Shown here: positions 38,407-46,891 of the stretch, in pieces | Numbering within the stretch: position 1 is the first letter of the stretch | How the letters are laid out: the number at the start of each line of letters is the position of its first letter | Assembly: GCA_040376005.1 (NCBI GenBank) | Contig: JBEIRK010000001.1 | Span: forward strand, 12,150 to 76,149 | Reading direction: 5' to 3' | Origin: Flavobacteriales bacterium | Lineage (GTDB): Bacteria > Bacteroidota > Bacteroidia > NS11-12g > UBA955 | DNA: 64,000 nucleotides | The notes under the pieces: model-generated | The model's input: the letters and a program-made list of their open reading frames with translations, nothing else | Told to the model about the DNA's origin: nothing | Databases searched by the model: none | Position numbers and translations under genes: made by a program

Positions 38407-39318
38407 TTAAGGAGCTGCGTATTTAATTGTAACGCTTCCTTGATTTGATTTCATGCCAATTTTATCTGCAACGGTTTTTGTAATGGCCAAAGAAGCGCCA
38501 TTCAGCTCTGAAGGCTTGATATTGTCAACCACACGGCAATAGGCCATTTTACCGGTATTTTCGTTCACGACAACAATGATGCTACCTTTAGGTAAGGTTG
38601 GGTGCATTACAAAGGTTCTGTCTTGCTCCATGCGGTCTGAAAATACAGAGGCTGTAGCCAGTTCTTCTTTTTCGGTTGCAGTTTGTGCAAGTACTTCGGC
38701 CGAAGCAGGCATTCCCCCATCGGATTTGCCATTTTGTTTTCCAGAGTCGGCTGTGGCAGGCTTTTCATTCCTTGGATTTGCAGGTTGCTTGGTATCTGCA
38801 GGCTTATTCACAGCTACTTTAGGCTCTGCAGGCTTTTTTTCTGGTGCTTCCTCGGCTGGCTTGCTTTCCACAGGAGTGGATGCTACGGAAGAGCCAGCAG
38901 GAACTTTAATCACTTGACCAATTTTCAAACCCGTGCTTGTGAGTTTGTTAATACGCTTCAGTTCATCTACTGTAGTTCCATAATCTCTTGCAATGGCAGA
39001 AAGCGTTTGGCCAGAGGCTACTTTATGTTCTTTGTAAACGGGGCTAGGCTCCACCTCTTTTAATTCTTGAGAAGCCGAGGGAATAAGAAGTTCATCACCG
39101 GGCTTGATGATTTCCCCCATGGTATTTGATTCTTGAATTTGCTTCACAGTCACATTGTATTTTTTGGAAATCTTGTATAAGGTTTCACCGCTTTTTACGA
39201 TATGCACCGTGTAGTTTTTTCCGTCTACAACCCGCATAGTTCCAGTTTGGGAAAATAGTTTGCTCGAAAGCAAAAGAAACGCCAACATCAAGCAGAACTT
39301 CATGAGATTTTTCATCAT
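38407..39318 (-). CDS. Secreted protein with two LysM domains and a C-terminal RlpA/3D-like double-psi beta-barrel domain, 303 aa
   Basis: Signal peptide and two LysM repeats (YTVHIVKSGETLYKIS..., HKVASGQTLSAIARDY...GQVIKV). A Pro/Glu/Lys-rich linker leads to a C-terminal ...MHPTLPKGSIIVVVNENTGKMAYCRVVD... domain (DPBB-like). Confidence 0.6.
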   Translation of the reverse strand: MMKNLMKFCLMLAFLLLSSKLFSQTGTMRVVDGKNYTVHIVKSGETLYKISKKYNVTVKQIQESNTMGEIIKPGDELLIPSASQELKEVEPSPVYKEHKVASGQTLSAIARDYGTTVDELKRINKLTSTGLKIGQVIKVPAGSSVASTPVESKPAEEAPEKKPAEPKVAVNKPADTKQPANPRNEKPATADSGKQNGKSDGGMPASAEVLAQTATEKEELATASVFSDRMEQDRTFVMHPTLPKGSIIVVVNENTGKMAYCRVVDNIKPSELNGASLAITKTVADKIGMKSNQGSVTIKYAAP

Positions 39319-39538
39319 AATATTATTGAAACAAAATTAATGCCTAATACCATGGATACCTCTTGATTACAATAGCAGATATGAACAATAGCGCCACTTG
39401 TAGTCTTATTTAGACAAAGCACACCCACGCCATAACACCTAGAACTTAGGCTTTAAATTAGAAATGTATATAAAATGTGTGCTGTATGCCAAATAAAAGT
39501 AAGAGACTTGCAGGGTAATTAGCGGTACTATCCGCGAT

Positions 39539-41221
39539 TTGCACTCTATGTCCCTCCCACAGAGCAGCAAACAAGAAGGAACCAACCTCAAAGCAATTCG
39601 TGAGCAGTTTGATGCTGTTTACCCCATGGCACAGCGCTATGTGGAATACTTTGCACCGGATTATGCACATAAAAAAGATCTAAAAAAAGACATTACCCAT
39701 GTTTTAATAACCAGTCCATCAAACGGAAGCGCAGCAGAAGCAAATGCTATTCGACATATTCTAAGAGTTCGCGGAAGAGCTTCTTATGTGCGTCCAATCG
39801 CTGAAAAGAAAAATTATTTGGCGAAACAGTTGAACCTTTCAGATGCCGAGTTGCAGGATTTGCCGGAAATGGAAAGGATGGCAATGGTGATGAGAGATCG
39901 ATTGCAATTGGATGCAACGGAGATATCCAATTTGCTCCAAATCAATCAGAATCAATTGCTATGGCTGTACTTTAATGCCGATTGTATATTGGGGTCAAAT
40001 CGGGTTACAGGCCCTGCTATTGAAACTGCGAGAATCCCGACAAGTGAATTAAACACCGCTTGGATATATTATGCAGCGGCATTTCATGCGCAACCGTTGC
40101 AAAAATCGCCTGGGGTCTTGGGTAAGTTCGCTTTAACCTATGTGAGTATCACGCTTGTGGCATTGATCGGCTTGTTGGGGCTGGGGCAGCTTTACTTGAA
40201 TCTGCAATCACGTCAAACCCAACAACCCAAGGTATTTGTTTCAAAAAAACAGCAGAAGACTATAGCGAATACTGCAAAAACCACTTCAGGCGAACAAAAG
40301 CCATCAATTCAAAATGCAGTGCCACGTGCCACGAATCGTTCAATTGTTTCACTTTCATTACCTAAGAATACAACAAGGAGCAATCCAAAAACCTTTATAA
40401 GAAGAAGTTCCGCGGCCCCTGCTATTCCGGTGGAAGTGCCAACCAACGTCTCAGAAATGGATGAAGTAACGACGGTAGAAACTCCAACAACAGCGCTTCC
40501 CAATGCTATAGGCATACATTCACAGCAAAGAATTTCAAGCCTTCCAAGTCCCAGATCTGAATCTAGAAGGCTGAAAGGAAGCAAACCCCTTCAAAGGAAT
40601 AAATACGGATTATTTGCTAGAATTGGCATGAATAGCATGCGGCTTTACCCGACAGATGTTCAGACCTCAGGAAGCATTGCCTTAGGCATGAAGATTAATA
40701 TCCAATCAAGGATTGCTTTGCGTGTATCATTGGGTATTTCGCATCTGGCGCACAAAACATTCACAACGGTTCAGCGGCAATACCAACTTCCTGCATTAAC
40801 AAGCCCTGCCGTTGTAGATTCCATCATTTACAGTGGACTGCGTATTGGTCAGCTTCATGTTAGCCAAGAAATGCAAGTCACCAAAAACATCATTGTGCAT
40901 GCAGGTGGCATTGTCGCATACCGCATGGCGAATATGGGGAAATCGTATACTTCTAATTCAATAAGCTCGGAATCAACCGCGGTTCAAACCTCAGGGGTTA
41001 TTGATGCACAGCAAACCTATGAATTTGCCAGTTTCAATAGAGAGGTATTGTATTCACGAATATTGGGTGGAGTATGTGCAGGTATTTCATGGAGACCTCC
41101 ACTCCTATCTCATAAGATGCTATTGCGAGCAGAGTTTAATTATCTGCCACTCTATCGCAGGGTAAACGGTCCCGTTCCGATTGCGCGTTCTGCCGAAATG
41201 CAGTTGATTTTGGAAATTTAA
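39539..41221 (+). CDS. Hypothetical membrane protein with a sigma-70 region-4-like N-terminal HTH, one TM helix, a Ser/Thr/Pro-rich linker and a beta-rich C-terminal domain, 560 aa
   Basis: LSDAELQDLPEMERMAMVMRDRLQLDATEISNLLQINQNQL fits the sigma region-4.2 pattern (LP..eR.v..L.........EIa..l......V). The TM helix is FALTYVSITLVALIGLLGLG. Linker is (TTSGEQKPS...PTTALP). The C-terminal ~200 aa has alternating hydrophobic residues. Confidence 0.35.
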   Translation: MHSMSLPQSSKQEGTNLKAIREQFDAVYPMAQRYVEYFAPDYAHKKDLKKDITHVLITSPSNGSAAEANAIRHILRVRGRASYVRPIAEKKNYLAKQLNLSDAELQDLPEMERMAMVMRDRLQLDATEISNLLQINQNQLLWLYFNADCILGSNRVTGPAIETARIPTSELNTAWIYYAAAFHAQPLQKSPGVLGKFALTYVSITLVALIGLLGLGQLYLNLQSRQTQQPKVFVSKKQQKTIANTAKTTSGEQKPSIQNAVPRATNRSIVSLSLPKNTTRSNPKTFIRRSSAAPAIPVEVPTNVSEMDEVTTVETPTTALPNAIGIHSQQRISSLPSPRSESRRLKGSKPLQRNKYGLFARIGMNSMRLYPTDVQTSGSIALGMKINIQSRIALRVSLGISHLAHKTFTTVQRQYQLPALTSPAVVDSIIYSGLRIGQLHVSQEMQVTKNIIVHAGGIVAYRMANMGKSYTSNSISSESTAVQTSGVIDAQQTYEFASFNREVLYSRILGGVCAGISWRPPLLSHKMLLRAEFNYLPLYRRVNGPVPIARSAEMQLILEI

Positions 41222-42669
41222 AGTTGCGCTATCGATAAGGCTTGATTGGAGAACTCCTTGGCGATTACTGGGTCATGGGTGATAAATATGTAACTCACCT
41301 TCTGTTTCCAACGAATTTCATCCAACAATTCAAGCACTTGTTTGCGCACCAAGGGATCTAAGGCAGAGACTGCCTCATCCAAGATAAGCAGCTGTGGCTC
41401 TGAAGCCAATGCCCTGGCTATGCACAGGCGCTGTCGTTGTCCACCTGAAAGCTGATGCGGATATTTTACAGCAAAAGATTGATCAAGACCAACAGATTGC
41501 AGTAAATCATAGGCTTTACCTTCTGCAACCTTCGTTTCGTGCCCCTTGAAGCGCAGCACCTCAGCGATAATTTCTAGGTTCTTAATCTCATGATTGAGGC
41601 TGCTGTATGGATCTTGGAAAACCATTTGTATACCGGAGTTTTTGCTGTTGAGAATGCTATTTCCATGTAACAATACTTCCCCTGAATCTGGATTTTCTAG
41701 GCGGGTAAGAATTTTACATAAGGTACTCTTTCCGGAACCTGATTTCCCAGTAATGGCGAGTGTTTCACCCTGAGACACCGTAAAGCTCAGTTTCTCAAAT
41801 ACCCGTTTACTACCTTGGGCACTTGGATAGGATTTAGACAGATTGGTTACTTCCAATACAACTTCGGGATTGCTGAGATTTCGATGCTGTGGAATTTCAG
41901 CAGCATGCAGCAAAGCTGAAACGTAGGGATGGGTTTGCGCCGAAAACAACGCTGCGACGCTTCCTTGGGCCAAGCATTTCCCTTTTTGCAATACGGTCAA
42001 TTGGGAAGCGTATTTCGCCACCATGGGTAGGTCGTGACTTACCAAGAGCAAGGCTGAATTGAGGCTCCTACACCTTTCTACTAATGTTTCAAGAACTTGT
42101 ATTCCCGTTTCAGGGTCGAGTGCCGTGGTAGGTTCATCTGCAAGAACTAAGGTTGGATTGTTTATGGTAGCCATGGCAATCATCACACGTTGCCGCTGAC
42201 CACCACTAATTTGGTGCGGGAATGCATTAAAAATGCGTTTTGGTTCATTTAAACCCACCGCTTCAAATGCATCGAAAACAATCTTCTTAGCCTCAGAATG
42301 GGTAGTCTTTCTATGAATCCCTAGGGATTCTAGAATCTGCGCACCACAGGTCATTCTTGGATTTAAGGCAGATAACGGTTCTTGGAAGACCATGCCTACA
42401 TGCTTGCCCCTGAGTTGGCGCATTCTGCTCACAGATTCAGCACCGGGATGGTAATTCTCATTTCCTATTCTAAGTTCAATCTGCCCTTTGTGGAAAAGCG
42501 GTTCAGACAAGAGTTGCATAATAGAAAGCAGTGTCAAAGATTTACCCGAACCACTTTCTCCGATGAGTCCATGCACTTCTCCTGGTTGAAGTTCCAACTT
42601 AGGAAGATGAAGGAGTTGTTGACTTCTTGCGAAAATCTCTAAATCCTTGATTTGCAGTAGGGCACTCAC
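41218..42669 (-). CDS. ABC transporter ATP-binding protein with two fused nucleotide-binding domains (Dpp/Opp D-F-like), 483 aa
   Basis: Two Walker A motifs (GESGSGKS, GKSGSGKS), two LSGGQRQR signature motifs and Walker B LLILDE/VLADEPTTALD. Confidence 0.8.
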   Translation of the reverse strand: MSALLQIKDLEIFARSQQLLHLPKLELQPGEVHGLIGESGSGKSLTLLSIMQLLSEPLFHKGQIELRIGNENYHPGAESVSRMRQLRGKHVGMVFQEPLSALNPRMTCGAQILESLGIHRKTTHSEAKKIVFDAFEAVGLNEPKRIFNAFPHQISGGQRQRVMIAMATINNPTLVLADEPTTALDPETGIQVLETLVERCRSLNSALLLVSHDLPMVAKYASQLTVLQKGKCLAQGSVAALFSAQTHPYVSALLHAAEIPQHRNLSNPEVVLEVTNLSKSYPSAQGSKRVFEKLSFTVSQGETLAITGKSGSGKSTLCKILTRLENPDSGEVLLHGNSILNSKNSGIQMVFQDPYSSLNHEIKNLEIIAEVLRFKGHETKVAEGKAYDLLQSVGLDQSFAVKYPHQLSGGQRQRLCIARALASEPQLLILDEAVSALDPLVRKQVLELLDEIRWKQKVSYIFITHDPVIAKEFSNQALSIAQL

Positions 42670-42731
42670 ACCGCAATATTACGGAAAAGCGCGTGGAATT
42701 GAAGGCTCACAATTTTAATTCACCAGGGGAA

Positions 42732-43523
42732 TTAAAATTCCAATTCTACCCGAATTGAGTGCCAAGAATTTACAAATTTTCCTTGTTTCATAGCGGGTGA
42801 CCAGCGCGGTGATGCTTGAAACACCCTTTCTATTTCCTGTAAAAAAGCATTGCAATCGACATTGCTTTCCACAATGGATACTTTACTTACTTTTCCGAGG
42901 CGATCTACCATAAAGCGCACTTCTGCATATCCGCCAAGGCTCTCATCATTACAACTTTGATTTCTATCAAATTGGTCAGCCACGTATGTGTTGTATGCCC
43001 CGCCATAAGGCAAAAATTGGCAGGTCTTATCGGGTTTATTGTAAACCGTTGTATCTGGTCTTGTTGCAAATTGTGGTTTGTCATTATCCTCTCCGCCACC
43101 CCCAAACGGCAAGGTGCCGCCCTCGCCTGCAAATGCTTCTAGAGAACCCAATCCTTCAAAAAGTCCCTCAGGTGCGAGAGGATTCACCAAAGGGATGTCG
43201 CTTTCAATTGTATTAGAGCTTGTTTCTATGTCTTCAGGGCTGGTATTCACAGGCTCAATATCTTCCTCTATCCAGCAGGTGTCAACTACAGGTGGGTGCA
43301 GCTTAGGGTTGGGTTTGGCGATATGAGACTGTGCGCTGGGCATAAAAGCTAACAAACTCAGCAAGGCCAGCAGCACCGGTGCACTGAGCATTCCGATGAT
43401 TTTACTTCTGAGATAGTTCTTTCGCAGTTGGTAGGCGCCGTATGCCTTATTCCTATTTTCAAATACAAGATTCAGGCGGTCTGAGGATTGAGGTTGTTCC
43501 CAATTATTTCCAATGGTATTCAT
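42732..43523 (-). CDS. Bacteroidetes-type energy transducer TonB (C-terminal TonB domain), 263 aa
   Basis: The N-terminal ...NKAYGAYQLRKNYLRSKIIGML membrane anchor is characteristic of Bacteroidetes TonB. It is followed by a Pro/Gly-rich linker and a C-terminal TonB-like domain. Confidence 0.7.
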   Translation of the reverse strand: MNTIGNNWEQPQSSDRLNLVFENRNKAYGAYQLRKNYLRSKIIGMLSAPVLLALLSLLAFMPSAQSHIAKPNPKLHPPVVDTCWIEEDIEPVNTSPEDIETSSNTIESDIPLVNPLAPEGLFEGLGSLEAFAGEGGTLPFGGGGEDNDKPQFATRPDTTVYNKPDKTCQFLPYGGAYNTYVADQFDRNQSCNDESLGGYAEVRFMVDRLGKVSKVSIVESNVDCNAFLQEIERVFQASPRWSPAMKQGKFVNSWHSIRVELEF

Positions 43524-43591
43524 AGTAATGATGATGAGGTTATATACTCAAAACGCAATACTGGTGGGATTTAATATCAGAAAAATGCCAT

Positions 43592-43621
43592 AAAAAAAGG
43601 CCGCATATGCGGCCTTTTTTT
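43592..43621. terminator. Bidirectional rho-independent terminator (aaaaaaa-ggccgcatatgcggcc-ttttttt) between the two tonB paralogs
   Basis: Perfect palindrome flanked by an A-run and a T-run. Confidence 0.55.
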
Positions 43622-43637
43622 AAATTGTTACGGTTGA

Positions 43638-44459
43638 TTATTCGAATGCCAATTGGATTGGAATTGTTCTCCAAGCTTTTACGAATTTACCATTGTTATT
43701 GGCTGGAATCCAACGTGGTGATTTTTTCAAAACACGGATGGCTTCATCTGTAAATTCAGGACAGCTTTTCGAAGGAACAATACAAGAGATACGGCTCACC
43801 CTTCCATCCACATCCACTACGAACTTCATCAAGATATCAGCAGAGATGCCTTCTTCTTGACAGCGCGGTGGGTATTGGAAATTGTCTTGTACAAAGATGA
43901 TAAACGCTGCGTCTCCCCCTGGGAATTGCGCATCATTTTCAACCTTAGTAAGGGGATCGCCCGAGCCAGAACCTGTATTGATAGGATTATCTCCACCTGA
44001 TCCAACATCACCAGCCCATGGGTCATCAGAACCTTGTTGGTCTTTAGAACCGGGACTCTTGATTTGTGAAATTGGAGGAGGATTGTACTCTTCCGTTGCA
44101 TTCTGGTTAATGGCTGGAGGAACATAGGCCTGAGTAGCCACGGGTTCCGGCTTATCCGGTGGTGGTGGTTCTAGGGGCTTATCTTCTTCTTTCTCATCTA
44201 CATCATCCAAGGTTTTGGCTTCTACCTTTTGTTTTTTGGTAGGTGCTTTTGCCTTTTTCGACATATTGGCAATAATCACAGGTGCACCGGCTGCGAGCAG
44301 CGCGATAACACAGGCGATAAGGGTAGCCATAATTTTATTTTTGCGATAGGATTTACGGATTTGGTACGCGCCATACTTTTTAAAGCGGTCAGCAAATACC
44401 AAGTCAAGCCTGTCGGCGGATTCTGGTTGGTCCCAGGTATTAAAAATATCGTTTGACAT
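43638..44459 (-). CDS. Second Bacteroidetes-type TonB paralog, 273 aa
   Basis: MSNDIFNTWDQPESADRLDLVFADRFKKYGAYQIRKSY... shares the N-terminal pattern with the downstream paralog. It has a Pro-rich linker and a C-terminal TonB domain. Confidence 0.7.
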   Translation of the reverse strand: MSNDIFNTWDQPESADRLDLVFADRFKKYGAYQIRKSYRKNKIMATLIACVIALLAAGAPVIIANMSKKAKAPTKKQKVEAKTLDDVDEKEEDKPLEPPPPDKPEPVATQAYVPPAINQNATEEYNPPPISQIKSPGSKDQQGSDDPWAGDVGSGGDNPINTGSGSGDPLTKVENDAQFPGGDAAFIIFVQDNFQYPPRCQEEGISADILMKFVVDVDGRVSRISCIVPSKSCPEFTDEAIRVLKKSPRWIPANNNGKFVKAWRTIPIQLAFE

Positions 44460-44469
44460 AGGCTTTGCT

Positions 44470-45099
44470 TTATTTTACACGTACTTTATCCAACATTTGT
44501 TTTTCCTTGGGATCTAGGGCGTCATCCACTACGAAGTATTTACCCACTTGACAGATGAGGAATTCATCCACAACATCAATCATGTTTTTATAGGTTGCAT
44601 TTTCAGAGTGTTTTACCAGCACTACGAATTTGCTTTCCATTTGGGCGAATTCTAATTTCTCGCGGATTTTCCTTTCGAACGCAGTATCATTTTTCGGACC
44701 ATTATCGGACTCACGCTGTATTTTCTCAACGTCTGCAAGAAGCTTTTTATTGCGTTCTTTGAGAATTTTGCGCAAACCATCTTTAGACATATCGGTCACT
44801 TCGAGTGCGGTCATGTCTTTGATGCTGGTTGAATAATGATATACCTTATCGGAACCATCAAGAATGATGGTAAGACCGTCCTTCACTTCCTTATCCTTTT
44901 CATTTGGATTTTCCTTTTTCTCTGGGAAAATCATACGAAGGGTTTTGGGTTTAGAGAAGGTAGAGGTAAGTACGAAAAAGGTAAGCAGAAGGAACGCAAG
45001 GTCCACCATTGGCGTCATATCGATGCGCGTGCTGAGTTTCTTCGCCCGCTTTTTATCATGTTTACCATGACCACCGCCGCCTGATTCAATTTGTGCCAT
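44470..45099 (-). CDS. exbD: Biopolymer transport protein ExbD/TolR, 209 aa
   Basis: IDMTPMVDLAFLLLTFFVLTSTF is the ExbD TM signature. Confidence 0.8.
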   Translation of the reverse strand: MAQIESGGGGHGKHDKKRAKKLSTRIDMTPMVDLAFLLLTFFVLTSTFSKPKTLRMIFPEKKENPNEKDKEVKDGLTIILDGSDKVYHYSTSIKDMTALEVTDMSKDGLRKILKERNKKLLADVEKIQRESDNGPKNDTAFERKIREKLEFAQMESKFVVLVKHSENATYKNMIDVVDEFLICQVGKYFVVDDALDPKEKQMLDKVRVK

Positions 45100-45123
45100 T
45101 TCTTTAAATTCTCCTTTCTCGTG

Positions 45124-45792
45124 TTATTTAGGACTGTCTTCGAGTCCTGTAATCATTTCAAAATTCTTGATTTTCACATCACGGAAGATTTGCACTACGT
45201 TTTTAACCACATCATACTTGGTTTTGCTGTCTGCTTTCACGGCAAACTTAATCATCGTAGTAGGGTCAAATTCCATTTTGCGCTTATCCGCTTCCGCTTT
45301 GCGGTCCTCATAATCATTCTTTGCTGCCAAACGGGCGTAATACGCCCACCAGTACAGCTGTGAATTCTTACTTCCTGTAGTGTCGTATGGGATACCAGAC
45401 ATTTCCACCGATGCGCGTTCAGCAGGTTCTTTGTCCAAATAATCCAATATCTCACTCATTTTGAGTCCGATACTGGAAGATCCCACAAACTTAATGGAAT
45501 CTTCTTTGGAAAGAGAAATATTAAACTTTGAACACATATCCTTAAACACTTTTCCTTTTACAGCTTGGTTTGTGATATCGATAAAGGTTCTTCCTTTGTC
45601 ATCGATGGTTATCATAAACACCTGTTTGGGAATTTGGTCTGGGGTAGTGGATGTTGGTGGATCTACAGTTACAGGTTCCGGCTGGCGGAAACTGGAAGTA
45701 AGAATAAAGAATGTTACAAGCAAAAATGCCAGGTCCACCAATGGAGTCATATCCAAAGACGGAGCCGAACGGGGCATTGATACTTTTGGCAT
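45124..45792 (-). CDS. exbD: Biopolymer transport protein ExbD/TolR (second copy), 222 aa
   Basis: LDMTPLVDLAFLLVTFFILTSSF. Confidence 0.8.
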   Translation of the reverse strand: MPKVSMPRSAPSLDMTPLVDLAFLLVTFFILTSSFRQPEPVTVDPPTSTTPDQIPKQVFMITIDDKGRTFIDITNQAVKGKVFKDMCSKFNISLSKEDSIKFVGSSSIGLKMSEILDYLDKEPAERASVEMSGIPYDTTGSKNSQLYWWAYYARLAAKNDYEDRKAEADKRKMEFDPTTMIKFAVKADSKTKYDVVKNVVQIFRDVKIKNFEMITGLEDSPK

Positions 45793-45844
45793 TTCTTATT
45801 TCTTTTTAAGGTTTATACTGTTGTATATAGAAAGGTAAATGCGC

Positions 45845-46660
45845 TTAGTTCTGGTGGTGAGCCTGGAAGTCAGAAACGATGCTATAACCTGCTTCATCCA
45901 TGCTGTATGTCATGGTATCAATTCTGTTTGAGAAGTAGTTATAGAAAATCACTGACAAGGTAGACGCCACGATACCAAATGCGGTATTTACAAGCGCTTC
46001 AGAGATACCTGTTGCCAACGCAGCAGTATCAGGAGCACCGGTATTTGCCAATGCGGCAAATGCTTTAATCATACCGAATACAGTACCAATCAGACCTACC
46101 AATACACCGATAGATGCGCAGGTAGAGATAATTACCAAGTTTTTGCTCAACATAGGCAATTCAAGGCTGGTTGCTTCTTCCAATTCTTTTTGGATGGCTG
46201 CAACTTTTTCGTCCTTCGTTAACTTGGCGTCGTTTCCTGCCAATTTATAACGGGTAAGGCCTGAACGCACCACATTTGCAAGTGAACCACGTTGTTTATC
46301 GCAAGCAGCAATAGCTTCATCCACCTTGTGGTTGGCGAGCAAATCGCGCACTTTGCGGATAAATCCAGCGGCATTGCCTTTACCATTGGCTTGAGCCAGG
46401 GTAACCAATCTTTCGATAAAGAAAATGAAAACGATAATGTTAATGGCAACAAGCATTGGAACGATGAAACCACCGCGGTGGATAATACCCAGGATATTTT
46501 TGGGATGTCCTTTGACAATGTCGGCATTTTCAAAGTTTGCTGCATTTCCCATGATCAGGGAATAAATAAGTACACCACAGATACCGGCGAAAATAATCGC
46601 CCCGGCGGCGAAAAGGCCTGCCATGTTTGAGTCACCTGTTTTTTTCTTTGGATTGTTCAT
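45845..46660 (-). CDS. exbB: MotA/TolQ/ExbB proton-channel family protein, 271 aa
   Basis: Three TM helices, with ...ISTCASIGVLVGLIGTVFGMIKAF... as the ExbB core. Confidence 0.85.
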   Translation of the reverse strand: MNNPKKKTGDSNMAGLFAAGAIIFAGICGVLIYSLIMGNAANFENADIVKGHPKNILGIIHRGGFIVPMLVAINIIVFIFFIERLVTLAQANGKGNAAGFIRKVRDLLANHKVDEAIAACDKQRGSLANVVRSGLTRYKLAGNDAKLTKDEKVAAIQKELEEATSLELPMLSKNLVIISTCASIGVLVGLIGTVFGMIKAFAALANTGAPDTAALATGISEALVNTAFGIVASTLSVIFYNYFSNRIDTMTYSMDEAGYSIVSDFQAHHQN

Positions 46661-46891
46661 ATGATAGAAATTTCTGTTTTTTCAGGAAGGTGCAATATTA
46701 CTGTGACAAACTGTTAAAAGCAAATAACCAAATTGTTAAGGCGGTCTAATTTACCCTTTAAAAGGTAAAGTGACAAGGCGAAGACAAATTGAAATTTAAT
46801 GTTCATCATGTAGAAGGTGGAGTTTGTCAACAAAAACTCATCATCTGATGAAAAATATGTCTATCCGCTGTAAAATTGAAGCAGAAATCAC

